Of a stretch of 64,000 nt of DNA, positions 58,678 through 64,000 are shown piece by piece. Within the stretch, counting starts at the first letter, position 1. Each line of letters opens with the position of its first letter. Both the position numbers and the translations under genes were made by a program. The notes under the pieces are model-generated. The model was not told the origin of the DNA, searched no databases, and saw only the letters and a program-made list of their open reading frames with translations. Where the stretch lies: sequence record MK327929.1. One strand, written 5' to 3'. The stretch is from Escherichia phage D5505.

Positions 58678-59215
58678 TTACTATTTCCAAAAGTTTATTA
58701 TTTTTAAGGTAATTAGCCTTTTCTAGGACTTCAGAAGCATATTTAGAACCTGCTTTAACATTCCATCCCGAATTATAAGAGGATATCGCCTTTCTTATAT
58801 CGCCCTTATGTATATTTAACCAATAAGAAAGTTCAATGTACGCCCAGGAAGCTGAATTGGACCGTTTATTCAACATTCTTTTTATTTCAGCATCGGTCAT
58901 ATTATAACCAAGTTCCTTAACTCTTGCTCGCATAGTAGGCAAATAATTTTGGAACATTCCATAGGCATGATGCTTTGGTTTAGATTTTAAATTAACTCCG
59001 GCAGAGCTTTCTTGCCACAAAATAGCAGCCATTATATGACCCAATCCGCTCTTATGGATGTTTTTGTGTGTTTTATATTTTCCATCCTTAGAAAATTGTT
59101 CCCCGAATTGATACGCGTAACGCATGTTATCGAGTTGGACATTACTGAAAGTGTGCTCGGAGCTATGTGCCATCATTGAAATGGCCAATAGACCAGCGAG
59201 TAGTGCTTTTCTCAT
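58670..59215 (-). CDS. secreted lytic transglycosylase-like protein (SLT domain)
   Basis: 181-aa ORF; signal peptide; WQESS, YGMFQ and SYNSG motifs in SLT order. Confidence 0.6.
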   Translation of the reverse strand: MRKALLAGLLAISMMAHSSEHTFSNVQLDNMRYAYQFGEQFSKDGKYKTHKNIHKSGLGHIMAAILWQESSAGVNLKSKPKHHAYGMFQNYLPTMRARVKELGYNMTDAEIKRMLNKRSNSASWAYIELSYWLNIHKGDIRKAISSYNSGWNVKAGSKYASEVLEKANYLKNNKLLEIVND

Positions 59216-59222
59216 GCTTACC

Positions 59223-59684
59223 TCATTGAGTTTTAATTACTGCTTTAGAAGCCTTTCCTGGTAAACGACGACTGTTAATAATTGCCATCCTACATTGAAG
59301 TGACGGGTCTTTGAACTTTGCATTAGGTTTACAAACTGTAAATCCAAGCCAAAGATTTCCATCTGTGATTTCTAAACGTCCAGGACGGTATTCAACCCCA
59401 TCAATAAAATCCTCATCAATGTCAGGACGCGGAGGCATACTCAGGAATTCATTAACTTCTAAAACATGGTCTTTTATTTTATGGAATAATTCAAAAACAT
59501 ATGTCTCATCAATCTCCCGTTGAATTGCACGATCAAGAAGATGTTGAGAATATTTTAGATGAAACGATGAGACTCCTGCTGCTTTTGATGCCTCACGAAT
59601 CTCATTGTTAATTTGACGAAACTCCGACTCAAAGTGACGACGAAGCTTATTTCGACGGATAAAAACTTCTGTATTGATAGTCAT
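59223..59684 (-). CDS. regB: RegB site-specific endoribonuclease
   Basis: 153-aa ORF recognisable as T4 RegB. Confidence 0.85.
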   Translation of the reverse strand: MTINTEVFIRRNKLRRHFESEFRQINNEIREASKAAGVSSFHLKYSQHLLDRAIQREIDETYVFELFHKIKDHVLEVNEFLSMPPRPDIDEDFIDGVEYRPGRLEITDGNLWLGFTVCKPNAKFKDPSLQCRMAIINSRRLPGKASKAVIKTQ

Positions 59685-59743
59685 GTTATTCTCCTCTTAA
59701 CTGATAGAAAAATTATACCACAGTCAAGAGGAAAAGTAAACAG

Positions 59744-60064
59744 TTATTCTTTAAATCTAATCAATTTATTCATAGACTTTGAAACTTCTGCACGAACCTC
59801 ATGTAAGTTTTTAAGCTGTTCAAGACGTTGCTCATAGTAAGCAATTTCATCTTCTTCGAGGCAGTCCTGTGAATCTTCTTTAAGATAACGTGCATAGTCC
59901 TGGAAAGCTTTACGGACTACTTCCTGGAAATCATCAAGACTTTGAATTTTCTTAGAAGCAATAGATACACGACGAGGGGCAGTATAATACTCATAACCAA
60001 ACCCTGCGCTTAATTGAGCCATTAATATTTTTCCTCTGGTTGGAACACAGCACGACAAGCCCAC
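59744..60064 (-). CDS. hypothetical protein
   Basis: 106-aa ORF. Confidence 0.45.
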   Translation of the reverse strand: MGLSCCVPTRGKILMAQLSAGFGYEYYTAPRRVSIASKKIQSLDDFQEVVRKAFQDYARYLKEDSQDCLEEDEIAYYEQRLEQLKNLHEVRAEVSKSMNKLIRFKE

Positions 60065-60324
60065 ATACTAGCTTCTTTGAGTTTCGTTTTAGCAATAGTT
60101 AACTGATCTAGGCTTTCAGCATAATTCTTTGCGAATTCGTAGTCTTCACAATTATCTAGTGCTTCCCAGAATTCATCATATAAAGCATCAAAGATAAGTC
60201 CTAAACGAACTTCAGCGTCTTTGATAGCATTCACTTTATCGATTTTCTCTTCAGTGTGCGGCTTATAACCTTTAATATCTTCAATCATATTTGACTTCCT
60301 CGCCCGTTCCCAAATCATATTCAA
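60022..60324 (-). CDS. hypothetical protein
   Basis: 100-aa ORF. Confidence 0.45.
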   Translation of the reverse strand: MNMIWERARKSNMIEDIKGYKPHTEEKIDKVNAIKDAEVRLGLIFDALYDEFWEALDNCEDYEFAKNYAESLDQLTIAKTKLKEASMWACRAVFQPEEKY

Positions 60325-60502
60325 CTAAACGAATAGGTTCATGAATGCCATATCCCTGAACAGAAATTTCTGTCGTAGGATAAATTCCACTAATATCACC
60401 CATATTCCACGCTTCATTAAATTGCTGTTCGCCTGAATTACTAAACCATTCTGCGAAAGCATTTAACACATCTTTAGAACCTTCAATAATTATCTTTGCC
60501 AT
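60281..60502 (-). CDS. hypothetical small protein
   Basis: 73-aa ORF. Confidence 0.4.
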   Translation of the reverse strand: MAKIIIEGSKDVLNAFAEWFSNSGEQQFNEAWNMGDISGIYPTTEISVQGYGIHEPIRLVEYDLGTGEEVKYD

Positions 60503-60864
60503 TACAAGCTCTCAGTAAAGGTACGAGCGATAACGTCGCGCTGCTGTTCCGGAGTCAGAGAGTTAAAGCGAACTGCATAACCGGATACACGGATGGTCAG
60601 CTGCGGATATTTTTCCGGATGCTTAACTGCATCTTCCAGAGTTTCACGACGCAGAACGTTAACGTTCAGGTGTTGACCACCTTCAATTTTAACTGTAGGC
60701 TGTGGTTCAATTTCAATTTCACGGGTGTGCAAACCGTAGAAAATTTCTGGGTCTACAAAAGAGTCCTCTTTAAAGGTTTTAGAAACAATAATTCGTGCTT
60801 GAATACCATCTTCAAAATAAATAGTACCTTTATGCGTGCCTTCAAGAATTTGATATGCTTTCAT
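60502..60864 (-). CDS. autonomous glycyl radical cofactor (GrcA/YfiD-like)
   Basis: 120-aa ORF; C-terminal about 60 residues (EGGQHLNVN...RVSGYAVRF...TESL) match E. coli GrcA as I recall it; visibly GC-richer DNA than surroundings. Confidence 0.8.
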   Translation of the reverse strand: MKAYQILEGTHKGTIYFEDGIQARIIVSKTFKEDSFVDPEIFYGLHTREIEIEPQPTVKIEGGQHLNVNVLRRETLEDAVKHPEKYPQLTIRVSGYAVRFNSLTPEQQRDVIARTFTESL

Positions 60865-60870
60865 ATAACC

Positions 60871-61251
60871 TCAATTAGAAAATAAATTTATCCAAGACTG
60901 TTCTTTAATTAAAAATGGCTCAGAATCATATGCCATTAAACTTTGAGTAATTAATCCTTTAAATGGTCCATCAATAAATTCCATGGTAAAATATGGAATT
61001 TTATTCATTAATCTTGCATTAGGAGCAGTGCACAAAACTCTGCATCCTTTGAATACACCTTTTTGTAATTTGTATTGCTTGGGATAAAATTCGCTCAAGA
61101 CGTTGTTATTTGCCAAAATTTCAAAATGATTCACCAATTTATTTTTAATAGTTTTTGGCGAAAAATAAAGATATTCGAAAAGTTGCGTATCTGTCATCAT
61201 TGCATTCCAATTACGAAAAACTGCGGACGAGTAATACCGCCAATGCAGCAT
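60871..61251 (-). CDS. hypothetical protein
   Basis: 126-aa ORF. Confidence 0.45.
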   Translation of the reverse strand: MLHWRYYSSAVFRNWNAMMTDTQLFEYLYFSPKTIKNKLVNHFEILANNNVLSEFYPKQYKLQKGVFKGCRVLCTAPNARLMNKIPYFTMEFIDGPFKGLITQSLMAYDSEPFLIKEQSWINLFSN

Positions 61252-61784
61252 TTACTATTACAGCAGTGTTGCACAGTTTCAATATGAATATCGTAAATTT
61301 TATCCATATCAGGAGATTTGACAGGCTCATCAATTATATACAAAATTCGCGAAAGCGATAAACCTCTGAACTTGCTTCCTTTATTACCAATAAAACTGCG
61401 CACAGAATCAGTAAATAAACGAAAACGTATATCATCATTAGAATAACGAGAAAATTCTTTTTTAATGTGGCCTGCAGAAATTTTAGCGTAAGCTGAAGTA
61501 TTAGAAAGAACAATAACTGTTCCACCGTCATACAGCCAATTAGCAGCAAAGTTAGTCACAGCAGTTGATTTACCGGATTGACGTCCACCGTCTAGTCGAA
61601 GTGTGCAATACTGCTTAAGTAAGTCTTCAAATGGCGGGATATATTCGTTTTTACAAATTTCTTCTACTCTAGCATCAGAATGGTGTGTAAAAGCATTCAT
61701 CAGGGATAGATAAGGACCAGTTAAAAATGTTCTCATTTTGTTATCTCTAGGTTTGGGCCATTCCATGGCGCATGAATTGTCCAT
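61197..61784 (-). CDS. P-loop protein of unknown function
   Basis: 195-aa ORF with GGRQSGKST Walker A-like motif. Confidence 0.5.
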   Translation of the reverse strand: MDNSCAMEWPKPRDNKMRTFLTGPYLSLMNAFTHHSDARVEEICKNEYIPPFEDLLKQYCTLRLDGGRQSGKSTAVTNFAANWLYDGGTVIVLSNTSAYAKISAGHIKKEFSRYSNDDIRFRLFTDSVRSFIGNKGSKFRGLSLSRILYIIDEPVKSPDMDKIYDIHIETVQHCCNSKCCIGGITRPQFFVIGMQ

Positions 61785-61881
61785 TTCTGTATTTACCCAT
61801 TACCGCACTTGGGCTCGACCTTATTACAGGTTGGCGGGAATCCCTCACAGAATCATGAGGTCCAGGTTATTCCCATGTTAT

Positions 61882-62298
61882 TTAAATGTAAATATTTTTG
61901 CCGTAATACTTATACCAGTGTGGCTTCATTAAAATTTTTTCATCGAGTCGTTGTTGACTCAACTTAATAGCTGATTTGCATGGATTATAATCATTTTTCC
62001 ATTCTACTGGAATATCGCTGATGTCAGGAACTTCAGTATCTTTTATACTGAACCCGCGTTTTAAGCATTCCGTTATAATGTCCGATTGACGCTTTCGCAA
62101 AAATTCTAACTTATCGTAAAAGAAAGTAACATGACCAGAACCTAAAATAAATTTAGAAGATATTTTAAAATCTTTAGCGCGCTTACCGTTTGCCACATGC
62201 TTACGAACTATACCAAAAACACGCGGCAATTCACGGTATTCTGCGATTAAATGTTGATCAGCAAGTTCAGATACTAAAGTCAAATTAATACGAGTCAT
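61882..62298 (-). CDS. denV: endonuclease V (pyrimidine dimer DNA glycosylase)
   Basis: 138-aa ORF recognisable as T4 DenV. Confidence 0.88.
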   Translation of the reverse strand: MTRINLTLVSELADQHLIAEYRELPRVFGIVRKHVANGKRAKDFKISSKFILGSGHVTFFYDKLEFLRKRQSDIITECLKRGFSIKDTEVPDISDIPVEWKNDYNPCKSAIKLSQQRLDEKILMKPHWYKYYGKNIYI

Positions 62299-62357
62299 TT
62301 TATCCCTCCAAGTAACTGTGAATATACTATCACAATTCTAGGAGAAAGTAAATAGCT

Positions 62358-62888
<531 letters not shown>

Positions 62889-63344
62889 TTAAAAGAGGCT
62901 GTTCATTATTCGGTAAAGTGAAGGACCCATCACATATTGCCACTGAGTACGAGGAATAAGAGCAAAAGCATCCATCTCTGGAATCATAACGCCATCTTTA
63001 TTTTCAAAATAAGACTCGCAATGGCAATTTCTAAACATCTCATGCTCTACTGGAATCGTATAATAAAATAACTGTAAGTCTTTATTACTAGAATATTTAA
63101 ATACACCTAAGTCTTCTAGAAGGTCTGGATTATAATCGATAAAACCAGTCTCTTCTGAGCATTCTCTTTTTGCAGCTTCCAGTGCATTCAAATCAGAACT
63201 TTCTACACGCCCCTTTGGAATATCCCAGCGATGTGCAATCATTCCAGGTTTACGAGAACCGGTAACTCGTCCCATAAATAAATCTTTATCTTCTGTCATA
63301 AAGATAATACCAGCTGATAATGTTTTCATTTTAATTTCCTGCAT
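62889..63344 (-). CDS. nudE: Nudix hydrolase NudE
   Basis: 151-aa ORF; Nudix box around GRVESSDLNALEAAKRECSEETG. Confidence 0.8.
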   Translation of the reverse strand: MQEIKMKTLSAGIIFMTEDKDLFMGRVTGSRKPGMIAHRWDIPKGRVESSDLNALEAAKRECSEETGFIDYNPDLLEDLGVFKYSSNKDLQLFYYTIPVEHEMFRNCHCESYFENKDGVMIPEMDAFALIPRTQWQYVMGPSLYRIMNSLF

Positions 63345-63814
63345 TCAGTGATAAAGTTATTTAAATTTTGAGCATATTTCTTTTCATCAAAAATCTTTTG
63401 TTGTCTGCGTAACCGCCATGGCATTTCAATGAACACACACCATATTCCGGATAATATTGCTGCAGTAAAAATATTAACAAATATAGTACAAAGAGCCCAA
63501 TCTCCTATTCTGTCCATTGGATTTTTTCCAAAGAAGTAAAATACGAATGATGACGCAGGAAGACTAATGATATACCACAGAAGCATATTCTTATCCGTAA
63601 ACCATTCAGCGTTCGTTAACTTAGCACGACCGTTTTGAATACAAACGAATTTATCGTCTGTTACAGTAGATGGCTTAACTGCTTGATATCCCATTCTAAA
63701 CTCCCTAATCAACAAATTTTTCATATCTTCGGAACAGCCATTCCAATCAACTCTATCAACTGGAATGCCATCATCTCCATCATCTAAATCATACCAGCGA
63801 GTTTTTAAAATCAT
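63326..63814 (-). CDS. membrane protein
   Basis: 162-aa ORF with two hydrophobic segments. Confidence 0.5.
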   Translation of the reverse strand: MILKTRWYDLDDGDDGIPVDRVDWNGCSEDMKNLLIREFRMGYQAVKPSTVTDDKFVCIQNGRAKLTNAEWFTDKNMLLWYIISLPASSFVFYFFGKNPMDRIGDWALCTIFVNIFTAAILSGIWCVFIEMPWRLRRQQKIFDEKKYAQNLNNFITECRKLK

Positions 63815-64000
63815 TTAATTTTCCTGCAATCACTCACAAACTCTTCCATTGATTCTTTTTCAATATAAGACATGTAGTTATTATATTCTTTTAATTGTAT
63901 TTTGTAATCCTTTTTTCTTTGCCAATTTATTTTAAAATTATCATAATGAAAATATAAAATGATACCAAAGAATGAAAACAATGAAATAATTTTAGTATAA

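Noticed and set aside
61785-61881. GC-richer intergenic segment upstream of the 195-aa ORF, considered as a tRNA or small RNA
   Set aside because: Could not fold a convincing cloverleaf by eye; the T4 tRNA cluster lies beyond e, outside this window. Likely a terminator/promoter region.

Overview
This window reads as a T-even (T4-like, Tequatrovirus) phage genome segment, collinear with the T4 early/middle region from rIIA (window start) to e lysozyme, nudE and one further ORF (window end). Essentially every supported gene is on the minus strand. Recognisable modules: DNA replication (39, dda, 61, 41, 43, 45/44/62, regA), recombination/repair (uvsX, 46/47, 49, denV, dexA), nucleotide metabolism (56, 42, nrdH/G/D, nrdC, tk), hydroxymethylcytosine glucosylation (42, 56, a-gt, and a different ORF at the T4 beta-gt position), host takeover (modA, modB, srd, motB, rpbA, 55), and superinfection exclusion/lysis control (imm, sp, rI, e). 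Against my recollection of T4, gene 39 is one continuous ORF (no gene 60 split), nrdD is uninterrupted, no homing endonuclease genes are evident, and denV and e are adjacent (no ipII/ipIII); this suggests a T2/T6-type relative. I did not identify a single clearly novel system. The best candidates for follow-up are a 337-aa nucleotidyltransferase-fold protein heading a small cassette at 51999-54558, a macro-domain protein at 57872-58339, a tandem family of coiled-coil-tailed paralogs at 45011-49968, and a plus-strand small membrane ORF at 16217-16417. All identifications are from memory of T4 protein sequences and synteny; no database search was run. Hand-derived coordinates (small ORFs, promoters, hairpins) may be off by a few nt, and one local frame check near 39600 did not reconcile with the ORF track.
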